Of a stretch of DNA of 20,000 bases, positions 1 through 11,088 are shown in pieces. The translations under genes were made by a program, and so were the position numbers. The first letter of the stretch is position 1; each line of letters begins with the position of its first letter. A model generated the notes under the pieces. It ran no database searches and was not told the DNA's origin. It saw nothing but the letters and a program-made list of their open reading frames with translations. Location: assembly GCF_004010195.1 (NCBI RefSeq), contig NC_057728.1, positions 43,206,224 through 43,226,223 of the forward strand, written 5' to 3'. Source of the stretch: Chiloscyllium plagiosum. Its lineage: Eukaryota.

Positions 1-549
1 CAAAAGGAGAGAGAAAACAAAGGTATAGAGGCAAGGAATGCAGAGAGAGTCTAACATAAGTGTGTTGAAATTTGGAGCAAGCAGGAGGCAAGGGAAAGCA
101 GACAGACAGGAAGATCACTAATTGGAGAAGGTAATAAAGGAGCAGGGATTTAGGAGTCCAAAGGGACCAGAGCATGGCAAGAGGAACAGAGTACTCCACT
201 TACTTTCTCTTGACCAATGTAGATTGGGCAGTCACTCATTATTGCTGCCTGTAAAAGATTGTCATAAAATGCCTGGGCAAAAGTAGGAGGTGCATTCTTA
301 GTCTATTTGTAGCTTGCACATCAGAAGAGCTTGTGGAAAAAGAAAAAAGTGAGATGATATGAGGAAGATAAAGTGTGAGCATAGTGTTAACTTGGATGGT
401 TACAGAGCAAGCCATCACTTCACACATGACTTCTTTATCAATGTCAACAACGATGTCATTGTTTGGCATTAAGACTTGCAGCCATGTCTCACCTGTTCAT
501 TAAATGCAACTGTGGAAAGTGTGTTACTATGTGTGGTGCCATCTGTTTG

Positions 550-635
550 GATAGTCAGATCAGCTGTGCTTGTACTGAATGGTGGAGCAGACTCGAGGGG
601 TCTGATGGCTTACTCTGGTTCCTCTTTCTTATGGT
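550..635 (+). mobile_element. CR1-type LINE 3' tail fragment
   Basis: GATCAGC...GAATGGTGGAGCAGACTCGAGGGGTCTGATGGCTTACTCTGGTTCCT...CTTATG resembles the 3' terminus of the large CR1 in this window (13090-13155). Confidence 0.6.
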
Positions 636-1159
636 GACAGGCATAGATGAATAGTACATACTATCAGATATCTGTACATATGACTTGTTGCAGTGTGCTA
701 AATTTGAGGGTGCAGTGAATCTTAAATTAACAGGAAGAGTCGTGACTTCTAGAGATTGTCAGTAGGTGAGTTATGGGATGTGGTGAATTAAACAATGTCT
801 GAGGGTGGTGATATAATGAAAAAGATATGGCATGTGAAACTACATTTACCTGAGTACTTCCAAGGGGCTGCTGAACTTCCTTCAGGCTTTGTCAAAATTT
901 ATGGGGCTAGGTTCTTTAGATCACAAAATTTGTCTACAGACGTTCATGGTTCCCTATGAATAGATCACATCTATTTTTCTGTCTTCCTGCTTGTGAGGCC
1001 TTGTTATGTATTCACAGTTTTGTTGCACATCTCCAGAGTGATGTAGCAGTGAAACTAGTTCTAATTCACAATATCTGAGCCATCACAGGATTTCTATCAG
1101 CATGGAAATAGTTAAAAATCACACAACACCAGGTTATAGTCCAACAGGTTTATTTGGAA

Positions 1160-1195
1160 GTACAAGCTTTCGGAGTGCTGTTCCTTCATCAGGAA
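1160..1195 (-). ncRNA. Degenerate minimal hammerhead ribozyme core
   Basis: Minus strand reads CTGATGA-A-GGAACAGCACTCC-GAAA-GC-TT. Helix II is only partly paired (GGA/TCC) and helix I is poor, so it is likely decayed. Confidence 0.5.
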
Positions 1196-1201
1196 GCTAG
1201 T

Positions 1202-1391
1202 CAGAGAGTAGTAAGGGTATGGAATGCTTTGCCTGCAACGGTAGTAGATTCGCCAACTTTAAGTACATTTAAGTCGTAATTGGACGTACATGGAATAGTA
1301 TAGTTAGATGGGCTTCAGATTGGTATGACAGGTTGGCGCAACGTCAAGGGCCGAAGGGCCTGTACTGTGCTGTAATATTCTATGTTCTATG
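1202..1391 (+). mobile_element. 5'-truncated CR1-type LINE 3' end inserted in the Penelope-derived element
   Basis: Encodes QRVVRVWNALPATVVDSPTLSTFKS (CR1 ORF2 C-terminus), then GGGCCGAAGGGCCTGTACTGTGCTGTA and a TTCTATGTTCTATG tail. Confidence 0.85.
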
Positions 1392-3306
1392 AGTAGTGCT
1401 TTGAAAACTTGTACTTCTAAATAAACCTGTTAGACTATAACCTGGTGTTGTGTAATTTTTAACCTTGTCCAACACCAGCACCTCCACAACATGGAAATAG
1501 CTCAGAACCCAAGTCTGTTTTGGTGGAAACTTCTGTAGTGTCAGAATAAACTTGTAGGCACATTTATGTGTACACAAATACGAAATAAATTTGCGGTAAA
1601 TGCAACCTTTGTCATGTTTTCTATAATTTCTTCTCACAGAACCTTGAATGAGAGACTGCTGTTCAGTATTTAAGTGTCAACTGAGAGGATCTCAAACTAT
1701 TTTTAAAGAAGAGTTGACAATACAAGATTAGGTATTTTCTGCCCATTTCTGGTGAGCTTTATATAAAATAAAACTGCTCAGCAATAAACCACTCTGAAAT
1801 TTCCAGTAGCCTTATATGGAGAGCACAAACAAAATTCATATGGAATAGAGAATTCTAATTGTTCAACGTGATGCAATAAGTGTTCACTTTGCTTTTAAAA
1901 TATACAGTTATAACAGACTATTATGATCTTAACCTGAAATGAGTTGTTTGCCAGAAAATGGGAAAATGTTCTGAGAGATGGTGTGTCTCTCATCTTTTGC
2001 TGTTATGTCATCAGAAACCCTTAAGACACAGTGCAAATAGCTATTGAATCCTTTTGCATAAAGCGCAATTGAACAATCCACTTCATATTAGTTCATTGAA
2101 GTGACTTTCAAAACAGCACATGACAGTAGTACTCTTTATTGACAGTGCAAAATAACTATATCACCATTAGCTTTGATTGAAATCAGGCAGTAAACAGATC
2201 TGGAACTAAACAGAAAGTGTTTGATCATACAAAAACAGCAAAAGAACAGCAAAGAGAAATAACTAAAGGACAATAAAGCTGAAGTCAAAGTAGCTGTAGC
2301 GTGCACCTAGAATATTAAAGCGATCACAATATATCTCAACCCTTCTTACAATTAAAGTGTAACAATATAACAAATAATACCACAAGCCAATAAATCTGAT
2401 CAAATTTCTAACACTTTATATTTTTTTGCATAACATTCTGTCTTTCAGTTACTTTGTCTAATAAAGTGAATTTAACAGTACAAAGTCTTTACAGGGCAAG
2501 CTTGGCAGACGCTTGCAAACAATTTGAGACAATTCAACAAATGTCAAGTTATAAAGACTGAGGATTTGTTCTAAGTGGCAACACCAAATGTACTTGGTTG
2601 CAAAACTTTGCTCACATCTTGAGATCATAATAGCACAATTCTGACGAAAGCTGAAGAATAGAACTTGATCCACAAGTCAAATTAGTATTGGCTTGCAGAA
2701 TAGATCCAGCAACAAAGTTTGCCATCATGGCTTGTAAACAGCAGTTTGGTATTGTACCATTGCAACGCTTTTCTGTTATTTGTATACAGTCTCATCACTT
2801 CAAATAAGACCACAAGCAAGTTTTTTTTTCTCTGTAATGTAAGGTTTTCAGATGTTCAAATCTGAATTGTGGCAGGATTCCAGCTTCAACTGCATGTTAA
2901 AAAGTTAGGAAAGTGACTAAAAGTACATTCCAAACTGCAATTGTTTACTAAATTCTTGTAAAAGTGACTGTTGTCTATGTATTAAATATCACAAATTCTA
3001 TGGCAAATGGTGAGGTACAAACAGCAGAATTATTTGACAATGAAGTGTGTTCTGATTAAACCCATATGTAAATTCTGTGTTTTTTTTGTTTTTAGAAAAT
3101 ATTTATATTCATTTACATACAACAAACATATAAATAAATACATACACAGTACATATGTTCAACCAGTAGTACACAAGAGTATTTTTATAAACTGAGTCAG
3201 GAACAAAAGACAGTGATATAATGTTGCTAAAACACCTTCATTACTACACTGTAATGTCTGAAAAGGGTGAGTGCAGTGCTTTTTGTCAAATGTTTACTGA
3301 ACAATA

Positions 3307-3516
3307 TCAACTCAGTTGATAGTGAAATATATTAAATTGACATTTACAAATCATAACCCTTAAATATGATAATATTTTCACAGGAATCATCTCTAAACTT
3401 TGCGACTGCTCCCCACCACCATCAATAACATCCAATTCATCCACTGGCAAATTGCTGTTGATTATATCAGTCTTCAAAGGCAATTTATGTTTTTCCATAC
3501 AGGCATCAGGAATATA
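3307..3516 (-). CDS. Candidate terminal coding exon of an unidentified host gene
   Basis: Strong acceptor CTTTCTGTTTTTTCAG (AG at 3518-3517), then an open phase-0 frame YIPDACMEKHKLPLKTDIINSNLPVDELDVIDGGGEQSQSLEMIPVK...QLS*. Downstream DNA is AT-rich with no TEs I recognise, and has AATAAA (minus) at 2135-2140. The protein is not recognised. Confidence 0.3.
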   Translation of the reverse strand, partial: YIPDACMEKHKLPLKTDIINSNLPVDELDVIDGGGEQSQSLEMIPVKILSYLRVMICKCQFNIFHYQLS

Positions 3517-3714
3517 CTGAAAAAACAGAAAGGTGATTGTATTGTAGTTAAGTACATTGACAGACTTTCTAATTTTGCATTCTCCGAGCTGTCACCTTTC
3601 AGCGCAGTATATTCCTATTCATTTGTGTGCGTGTCATTTTCTGCATTCATAACACATTTATCTGAGAACTATATCCACCAATGTGAGTTTTTGTTTTATG
3701 CATACTTCAATGTT

Positions 3715-4030
3715 ATATTATCTCAGTTGGCTACACTCTTACCTGAGTCAGAAGCCTGTGGGTTCCAAGTCCCATTTTAAGCAGTTAAATACATAATCTA
3801 GGCTAAGACTGCAATTGTGATAGATGACAGCACTCAGGTGAAAAGTTTCTCTCCTTATTAAAATAAATATAAAGGATTCCATTGGCAATATTGATTGAAG
3901 TCAGTGGCGCTCTCCTTGTATCCTGGTCAATAATCTTCCCTCATTAACCATCAACAACAACAAAAAAATGAATTTGTTGTTTCAGAACATTACTGTGTGG
4001 AAATTAGCTGCCATATTTGTGCATGCAAAA
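3715..4030 (+). mobile_element. Old DeuSINE (SacSINE1/AmnSINE1-like), internally deleted
   Basis: CACTCTTACCTGAGTCAGAAGCCTGTGGGTTCCAAGTCCCA (tRNA head, B-box-like), ACATAATCTAGGCT, TCCTGGTCAATAATCTTCCCTCA and AAATTAGCTGCC match the recalled Deu-domain SINE consensus. Confidence 0.7.
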
Positions 4031-4899
4031 CATTGAGTAGAATTTTCCAACCCTTTGGAAATAAAACCAACTAAGGCAATTAATTACCAAGTTATGGGCA
4101 AGCTTTTGTGCTATGATCATGTCTGAAGATGTAAATAAATGTTACTGCTAAAGTTGGTTATAACACAGCTTGTTTTTTAAAGAAAATCTCAATTCATTGT
4201 ATTTAACCATATAAAGCTTTATGAAGTAGTGAGGCAGACAGATTACCTGCATTAACCAAAACAAGGAGTTAGTTTTATTGTACAACTCACTCAAGTGCAA
4301 CGGTTATTAAAAGGTAAAGCCCATCCTGAATCCTGCAACTTACACAGATTGCAGTATGAATAATATCATAACACGTTATAGGGTGAAGGTGGTGGAATTA
4401 GAAAAAAAATTGAAGTCCATAAGTAAAAACAGTTCTACATTCCGATGTTACCTTGGTGGACTTGTAGTTCCAGTGGAGTTAGTTATCTATTGCTGTGATA
4501 TATTCCAAAACGTATCAAAGACAAAGTACTAGATTTGAATTGCAGAATGAGAGGATGCGGTTACATTTTTTGCAAGATTCTTGTTGTAACTATGACATTC
4601 TGCAGACTCTCCTGGATATTATTTTAAAAAAAATAGCTTCCTGCCTTTTCCTAAACTTGCCATAAAAATGGCAGGTGTCAAACTGTACAGTTATAATCCT
4701 GAATAAATGTTCTGCTTGCCATTGTGATAGCAAAAGTGATTTGAGTATTAATACTGCAGCTATGATTTATAAATGATCTATCCCCCATCAGAAAAGAAGG
4801 TATTTAAGCCACAAGAAGGCTATTGTCTACTCAGGGTGACATAGACAAAATGTCTGCAGTTTCAGTTATATTAAATGGAAACCAATTAGATAGCAATAA

Positions 4900-5420
4900 A
4901 ACATGTGCTGGAGAAACTCAGCAGTTTCGCAACATCTGTAGAGACAGATAAAGTTAATGTTTTGAATCCAGTATGGCTTCTTTGGCATTAAAAAAATTTG
5001 CAAATGTGATAGCTTGTATGCTATTGAAAAGGACAAAGGGACATGTGGAAAAAAAGAAAGGGGAAAGGTTAGAGGCTGAGATAAATTAGAGATCAAAGAT
5101 ATCTTAGAACAAAAGGGGTAGTGGTTACGGAGAAGTTAGAAAGTATTAGTCCAATGTAGATGTTAACAGCAGACTGAGTCAACTCTGATTGAAAACAAAA
5201 ATCATAAAAATAGTAAGGGGAGTACAAAAATGGAAGACAGAATCTTTTGGACTTGGTGTGAAATGCAAAAAGACTGGAAAGTGCATAACCAGAAAATGAG
5301 GTACTCACTGGGATACCGCAGCAGGTGTAGGACAGAGATGCAAACATGAGAACAAGAAGCTATATTGAAAGGGCAGCAACTGAAAGGTTGGGGTCAGGTC
5401 ATAACACTGAAAAGGGTGAA
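4900..5420 (-). mobile_element. Decayed Penelope-derived pLTR element
   Basis: Minus strand 4985->4905 reads GAAGCCATACTGGATTCAAAACATTAAC...CAGATGTTGCGAAACTGCTGAGTTTCTCCAGCA, homologous to 5579-5655 and 17357-17435. It is preceded by a pyrimidine-rich tract like that at 19140-19290. The boundary at 5420 is approximate. Confidence 0.55.
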
Positions 5421-5574
5421 ATGATAACTTTTCATGTTTTAGGAGTTTTACTATAAACAAATGATTAAAAACATTGTTAATGAAACAATAATGTTGTAGG
5501 CAACTTGTACATTTACAGAAAGGAATATTTGTACTCCACAGAATTATAGTTCTTATAGCAAACAGTAAACTAAA

Positions 5575-5680
5575 AGTTCTGAGGAAGTCATATCACACTT
5601 GAAACATTAGCTCGGAAGAGAGAAACATCGATGCTACCAGAGCTGCTGAGCTTCTCCAGCATTGTCGGTGTTTTGTTACT
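5575..5680 (+). mobile_element. Decayed Penelope pLTR end with hammerhead remnant (inverted relative to 4905-4985)
   Basis: CTGAGGA-AGTCATATCACACTT-GAAA-CATT...GATGCTACCAGAGCTGCTGAGCTTCTCCAGCATT. Confidence 0.6.
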
Positions 5681-6447
5681 AACAATGACTAATAGATTGT
5701 CTTGTTTTGCCAAGTAGTAACATTGAATGATCGTATCTAGATACTTCCCTCAGTTTTTCAGCGTTTGCCAAATCCACTGCCAGAAAACAAGCCCTTTTCA
5801 ATAATTTTTCTTCTGCTCTGATTCCAACAAGATAAATATCCAGGATTCCATAGGATGACTGTGGAATGTATCATTGAAAAGAGAGCAGCTTTATCCAACA
5901 TCTGGCTTTGGCAGTTCATAAAGATGCCTAACTTCAACCCTCTGCTAACCACATCAACTGCTGTTCCTTTCCTCCCTCTCTTTTCCTTTCCCACAAACAT
6001 CTGGAGCTAGCAAGTCTATTTACAATTAACAAAGCTACCTCAGTTCCCAGATGTGAGAACTTTATAACTCAGCCATTACTTTCGTCTAAGCCAGGATATT
6101 TGTCAGCCAGAATAGGAATAGCTAGGTCTTTCATTTTAACCTCCATTAAAAAAATGAAGATTGTGCAAACCTGATAATTATAACATATGACAAATATATC
6201 AAAAGTATTATTGCTGCATCATTCGTTGCAGCAAATATAGTTTCTATTAGTACTGAATCAACAATGCAGCATAATTGCTGATTTTATCTGTGTACACCTG
6301 ATCCTATAGGTTGATTTTCTAAATACTATTCTTTGCAAATTGACTGACGTGGTTTTTGAATATCAATCATAAGGAATGCACAATGTCAGCATCAGGACAC
6401 CATTAATTCTTTACCAAGGTAATGACACAGCTAAATTATTTCAAAGG

Positions 6448-6990
6448 ATCATGAGAAATAGAAACAGGGTTGGTCCTTTCTGTCCATCAAGCCTCCTTTG
6501 ACATTCAAATGGATCATGGCTGATCATCTGTCTCCACACCATTTTCCCCACTATCCCCAAAGCCCTTGATGTCAGCATCCAAAAAACTATTGATTTATAT
6601 TTTGAATGTGTTTGAAGATTGAGTTTCCAGAGCCTTGTACAGAATTCCAACAAGTCACCACTATCTGAGTGAACAAATTCCTCCTCATCTCATTATTAAA
6701 TAACCTGTCCCTTATTTTGAGTTACAAGTGCACTTCCTGGGACTATCATCCTATCCACATCACGATCAGTATAAGTTTTCTATATTTCTGTGAGATAACT
6801 TCTTATTCATTGAAACTGTACAGAACACACTTATTTTTCAATCTGTTATCATAAGTCAGCCATTATAGGAATTAGTCTGATGAATCTCAGTTGCTCTATG
6901 ACAAATACATTCTTCTTAAATAAGGAGACTAAACTATCCACTACCCAATAGTCCAGGTGTGGTCTCACCAATGTTCTATGCAATAACACT
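6448..6990 (-). mobile_element. CR1 LINE 3' fragment, decayed
   Basis: Minus-strand peptides HRTLVRPHLDY and RFIRLIP (CR1 ORF2 C-terminal region). CR1-like 3' tail at 6450-6530. Confidence 0.8.
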
Positions 6991-7269
6991 TTTTTTGGAT
7001 TTCTTTCATAGTGAGAAAGAAATAGCATAGGGAGTAAGGTTTTGAGTTGGGAATGAATCCTGTAAATGTTTGGAGAGCTTGCAAATTGAAATTTGATTGA
7101 TATTGTAACACCTCCCATGCAAACTGCAGGTCTTCCTGAAGAGGATGGAAAACATTTTCAAGTGCACCTAGTTTATGTGGTATCTATATCATTGATAAAA
7201 TGTGGCATTTAGTTCCCCTAGATGCACAATCAATTATACAGATGCTTTGTTTAGTGGCTGGGTTGTTGG

Positions 7270-7420
7270 TGACATAAAAGCCACTGCAGCATCTGACCAA
7301 GGTTTCTTCAGCAATACCTGTCAAACCTGTGGCCTCTACCACTTAGCAGATTAACAACATAGGAAAACATGCACTTCTGATCCCAAGTGTTCCATTTGCA
7401 TACACTTCTGCTTTGGTACC
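7270..7420 (+). mobile_element. Highly decayed LINE (CR1/L2 group) ORF2 C-terminal remnant
   Basis: CACTGCAGCATCTGACCAAGG...CAAACCTGTGGCCTCTACCACTTAG resembles a recalled elasmobranch LINE 3' region. The match is weak. Confidence 0.35.
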
Positions 7421-7614
7421 AGAACACCATTTTTGATGAAAGATTAACAGTCTGACAAGTGCTCTCTAATATTTTCTCAGAACACATGACTAGCAGCAGC
7501 AAGATAGACCCCAATATTTAAAGAAAGCATGTTTGCTGATTGAAATCATTAAATTATTGCTGTGATTTTTCAAGTGTTTGGTGCTTTCTGTGGTGGCTTC
7601 AAGTTGCAACAGTA

Positions 7615-7728
7615 AGGGCTAATGTGGTGCTGTAGTAGTATCTCTGAGCCAGGTGTCCTAAATTCAAGACTCACCTACTCCAGAAGTGTGTAATAACTGC
7701 TCTGAACAGGTGACTGGAAAATATCAAG
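7615..7728 (+). mobile_element. Short tRNA-derived SINE, decayed
   Basis: GTGGTGCTGTAGTAG...CTCTGAGCCAGG...AATTCAAGACTCACCTACTCCAGAAGTGTGTAATAAC..CTCTGAACAGG..GAAAATATC. Degenerate A/B boxes. Confidence 0.5.
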
Positions 7729-7899
7729 AACACTAGGATATGGTATGGAAAGTGCTGTGGATACCTATTGCTGACTTCAAGACTTTCTCACAAGCCTAGT
7801 GCTCCCAGATAAATGTACAGCATCAGTTATTTCCCTTGGAAAGCAGAAATGCTTAGGGAATGATCACAACTCACAGAGGGGAACAAGCTGCTGGAAGAG

Positions 7900-8270
7900 A
7901 GAGGAAGAGGAACGAGAGGGAGCAATGTATATAACAGCACATGGAACACTGGGAACGATTCTCCATCTGAGTCTCAGCATTCAACAACATGTGAGATGTC
8001 TGCATTCCAATAAGGTCCTGATTGAAATTTGCCAATTCCTGCAGCCACAACTGCAACTTCAGAAAAGGGCATGACTGCATTGTCAGTCGCTGTAAAGGCA
8101 TTATGGCAATGAATGCTTATATGGCTGGATCCTACCAAACTGGAGTTGGAGATGTTTGCACCATCTCACATTTTCCTATTGTTGGGAAAGTAAAGTTACT
8201 GACACTCTCCTTTCATTGAGAGCTACCAAATTTTCACTCTCTTGCCAGGGAGAAGCAGGAAGAGTGAGTT
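7900..8270 (+). mobile_element. PIF/Harbinger transposase N-terminal remnant (frameshifted)
   Basis: Stitched frames read VLIEICQFLQPQLQLQKRA / MTALSVAVKA / IMAMNAYMAGSYQTGVGDVCTISHF / KVTDTL / LAREKQEE. This matches the HARBI1-like N-terminal motif (..TALPVAVKVT.ALNFYA.GSFQ...GD.C.ISQ....VTDAL). Confidence 0.75.
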
Positions 8271-9635
8271 TGTTGTAATGTAAACAATGTGATTTATGTA
8301 TAGATATTAACAATTTATTTTAGCTTTTGGATTTTGAACTTGTGGTATACAGGGTTTGATCTGTCTGAAAGTGTTTAAGGGCTAAGCTGTCAGTCTTCCA
8401 CAAACCACAATTTTGAAAATTGTATTTGCCATAGAGCATCTTGTGTGGTGATAATGGAAATTTGTTTGCACTGTGGGAGTTTTAAGTCCAAAGCGAGCAA
8501 ATTTTGGAAAGCATTAGCTTGCTTTCAGTTTAGAAAAATAACTGTTTTATTTTTTCAGAAAAAACCCATAGTTTGGAAAACTTTTTCAGTTCACTGAAAA
8601 CCTGGTTGAATTTGATGCAAAAACACAGTTTCCCTGAGGAAAGGAGTTAATTCAGGGTTCAGTGTTGCTGCCTTGCCTGCACTGAAACACTGCCTTGTCT
8701 TGTTGGAATATAACTCGAGTTTGGTGAAAGAGGGAGTGATAAGAAGTAGTGATCAGACCCTCCATTTCTCACTGGTGAGTACTTCTGCTTTTAGTATAAA
8801 AATAAGAGCTCAGGGGAATTTGGAGCACAAGGGGAAAGAGTAACCTTAAGGATACTCTGACTATACAGAGCAAGATGAAGGAGTGCGAATCTGGCAAACA
8901 GCAGCTGAGCAGAACAGCAGCAAAACTTCCAAAGGAGTAACCCAGAGTGCTTTCACTCCTTGCAGAGGCAGAACTTCTGAGGTGATGTCAGGATTGAAAA
9001 GAGACATAGGGCAAGTTGAAGCTGCTGATTGAGTAAGTTAATATTTATACTACTTTACAGTTTGTAGAGTTTTCTTTGTGGATTATCTTTTGTAGGGACT
9101 CTATTCTATTTTAACAGGGTCCAGGGAAGAAGGTATCTAAAATTAATATTATGTGATTTTAAGACCTCTTTAAAGGTTTAATTCAAAGGGGTAAGTCATG
9201 ACTAGAAAGATGGTGCAAGGGTGAGGGATTCAGATTCCTGGGGACATTGGGATCAGGACTGATGTCCTAGGCAAGTAGTTGCTAGTGTGGTTGGACTGGA
9301 TTTGGACCAGAATGGCAGGGAGGTAGGAACCTAAGCAGGGTGACAAGGGAAAGAGAAACAACAATGGTAATAAATGAAAGAACAGTAAAATGCAAAACCA
9401 CGGCAGACAGGGTTATCAAGGCAAGAGTCAAATAGGGACACAGAAAAAGAAAAGTTAGGACGATTAAAAATGGCCAAAAAGGTAAGCTTAAAGGCTTTGA
9501 ATCTGAATGCATATAGCATTTAGAATAAGATAGACAAACTGATGACACAAATTGATGTAAATGGATACAATTTCATAGCCTTTACGGATACATGGTTATA
9601 CTGTGGTTCTGTTCGCCGAGCTGGAAGTTTTTGTT

Positions 9636-9675
9636 GCAAACGTTTCGTCCCCTGTCTAGGTGACATCCTCAGTGC
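9636..9675 (-). ncRNA. Minimal type I hammerhead ribozyme (pLTR, sense to the Penelope ORF)
   Basis: GCA-CTGAGGA-T-GTC-A-CCT-AGAC-AGG-G-GAC-GAAA-C-GTT-TGC, identical to 11089-11128. Confidence 0.7.
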
Positions 9676-9710
9676 TTGGGAGCCTCCTGTGAAGCACTTC
9701 TGTGGTGTTT

Positions 9711-10665
9711 NNNNNNNNNNNNNNNNNNNNNNNNNNNNNNNNNNNNNNNNNNNNNNNNNNNNNNNNNNNNNNNNNNNNNNNNNNNNNNNNNNNNNNNNNN
9801 NNNNNNNNNNNNNNNNNNNNNNNNNNNNNNNNNNNNNNNNNNNNNNNNNNNNNNNNNNNNNNNNNNNNNNNNNNNNNNNNNNNNNNNNNNNNNNNNNNNN
9901 NNNNNNNNNNNNNNNNNNNNNNNNNNNNNNNNNNNNNNNNNNNNNNNNNNNNNNNNNNNNNNNNNNNNNNNNNNNNNNNNNNNNNNNNNNNNNNNNNNNN
10001 NNNNNNNNNNNNNNNNNNNNNNNNNNNNNNNNNNNNNNNNNNNNNNNNNNNNNNNNNNNNNNNNNNNNNNNNNNNNNNNNNNNNNNNNNNNNNNNNNNNN
10101 NNNNNNNNNNNNNNNNNNNNNNNNNNNNNNNNNNNNNNNNNNNNNNNNNNNNNNNNNNNNNNNNNNNNNNNNNNNNNNNNNNNNNNNNNNNNNNNNNNNN
10201 NNNNNNNNNNNNNNNNNNNNNNNNNNNNNNNNNNNNNNNNNNNNNNNNNNNNNNNNNNNNNNNNNNNNNNNNNNNNNNNNNNNNNNNNNNNNNNNNNNNN
10301 NNNNNNNNNNNNNNNNNNNNNNNNNNNNNNNNNNNNNNNNNNNNNNNNNNNNNNNNNNNNNNNNNNNNNNNNNNNNNNNNNNNNNNNNNNNNNNNNNNNN
10401 NNNNNNNNNNNNNNNNNNNNNNNNNNNNNNNNNNNNNNNNNNNNNNNNNNNNNNNNNNNNNNNNNNNNNNNNNNNNNNNNNNNNNNNNNNNNNNNNNNNN
10501 NNNNNNNNNNNNNNNNNNNNNNNNNNNNNNNNNNNNNNNNNNNNNNNNNNNNNNNNNNNNNNNNNNNNNNNNNNNNNNNNNNNNNNNNNNNNNNNNNNNN
10601 NNNNNNNNNNNNNNNNNNNNNNNNNNNNNNNNNNNNNNNNNNNNNNNNNNNNNNNNNNNNNNNNN
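9711..10665. other. Assembly gap (955 N)
   Basis: Run of N. The long X-containing ORFs in the track are artefacts of it. Confidence 1.
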
Positions 10666-11017
10666 ATATTGGGTCTAGGTCTATGTGTTTGTTGATGGAG
10701 TTTGTGGATGAGTGCCATGCTTCTAGGAATTCCCTGGCTGTTCTTTGTTTCGCTTGCCCTATAATGGTAGTGTTGTCCCAGTTGAATTCATGTTGCTTGT
10801 CGTCTGCGTGTGTGGCTACTAGGGATGGCTGGTCGTGTCGTTTCGTGGCTAGTTGATGTTCGTGGATGCGGATTGTTAGCTGTCTTTCTGTTTGTCCTAT
10901 ATAGTGTTTTGTGCAGTCCTTGCATGGGATTTTGTACACTACATTAGTTTTGCTCATGTTGGGTATCGGGTCCTTCGTTCTGGTGAGTTGTTGTCTGAGT
11001 GTGGCTGTTGGTTTGTG
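10666..11017 (-). CDS. Penelope GIY-YIG endonuclease domain (C-terminal ORF fragment, stop-free)
   Basis: HKPTATLRQQLTRTKDPIP...NVVYKIPCKDCTKHYIGQTERQLTIRIHEH...HEFNWDNTTII...AREFLEAWHS..NSINKHIDLDPI contains VVY-x-I-x-C-x2-C-x3-YIG plus the conserved R, H, E and N residues. Confidence 0.92.
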
Positions 11018-11038
11018 TGGTTGGCAGGGACAGGCCAC

Positions 11039-11045
11039 TATAAAT
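11039..11045 (+). promoter_or_regulatory. TATA-like box in the Penelope pLTR
   Basis: CCAC-TATAAAT-GCC about 45 nt upstream of the hammerhead core in the + oriented pLTR copy. Promoter function is not shown. Confidence 0.4.
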
Positions 11046-11088
11046 GCCTGAGGAAACACCACAGAAGCGCTTCACAGGAGGCTCCCAA

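Larger units (their letters stand above)
1111..1489. mobile_element. Non-autonomous Penelope-derived element: inverted pLTR arms plus one-sided tail and TSD
   Basis: Arm 1111-1200 is the reverse complement of arm 1391-1463 over their shared part (AATAAACCTGTTRGACTATAACCTGGTGTTGTGTRATTTTTAAC). Extra tail at 1464-1489. Direct repeat CATGGAAATAG at 1101-1111 and 1490-1500. Hammerhead-like core in the left arm. Confidence 0.8.

Noticed and set aside
1..470. Purine-rich stretch and 76-aa minus ORF
   Set aside because: Probably an old repeat remnant, but no diagnostic motif allowed assignment.
3504..3511. TCC TGA TG on the minus strand, like the antizyme +1 frameshift site
   Set aside because: The upstream (WCS) and downstream pseudoknot context and the protein sequence do not resemble ornithine decarboxylase antizyme.
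4452..4486. 35-nt minus-strand exon candidate (ITNSTGTTSPP, AAG|GTAACA)
   Set aside because: Weak acceptor, and its phase is incompatible with the long frame of the 3516 exon.
5758..6000. 80-aa minus-strand ORF behind an AG
   Set aside because: Poor polypyrimidine tract, no recognisable domain and no convincing donor.
7136..7156. CTGAAGA-GGATG-GAAA hammerhead-like string
   Set aside because: There is no helix II or helix I pairing and no pLTR context, so it is a chance match.
9542..11062. Long 339-468 aa ORFs in the track
   Set aside because: Artefacts of translating through the N gap. Only the GIY-YIG part and the short CR1 APE part are real.
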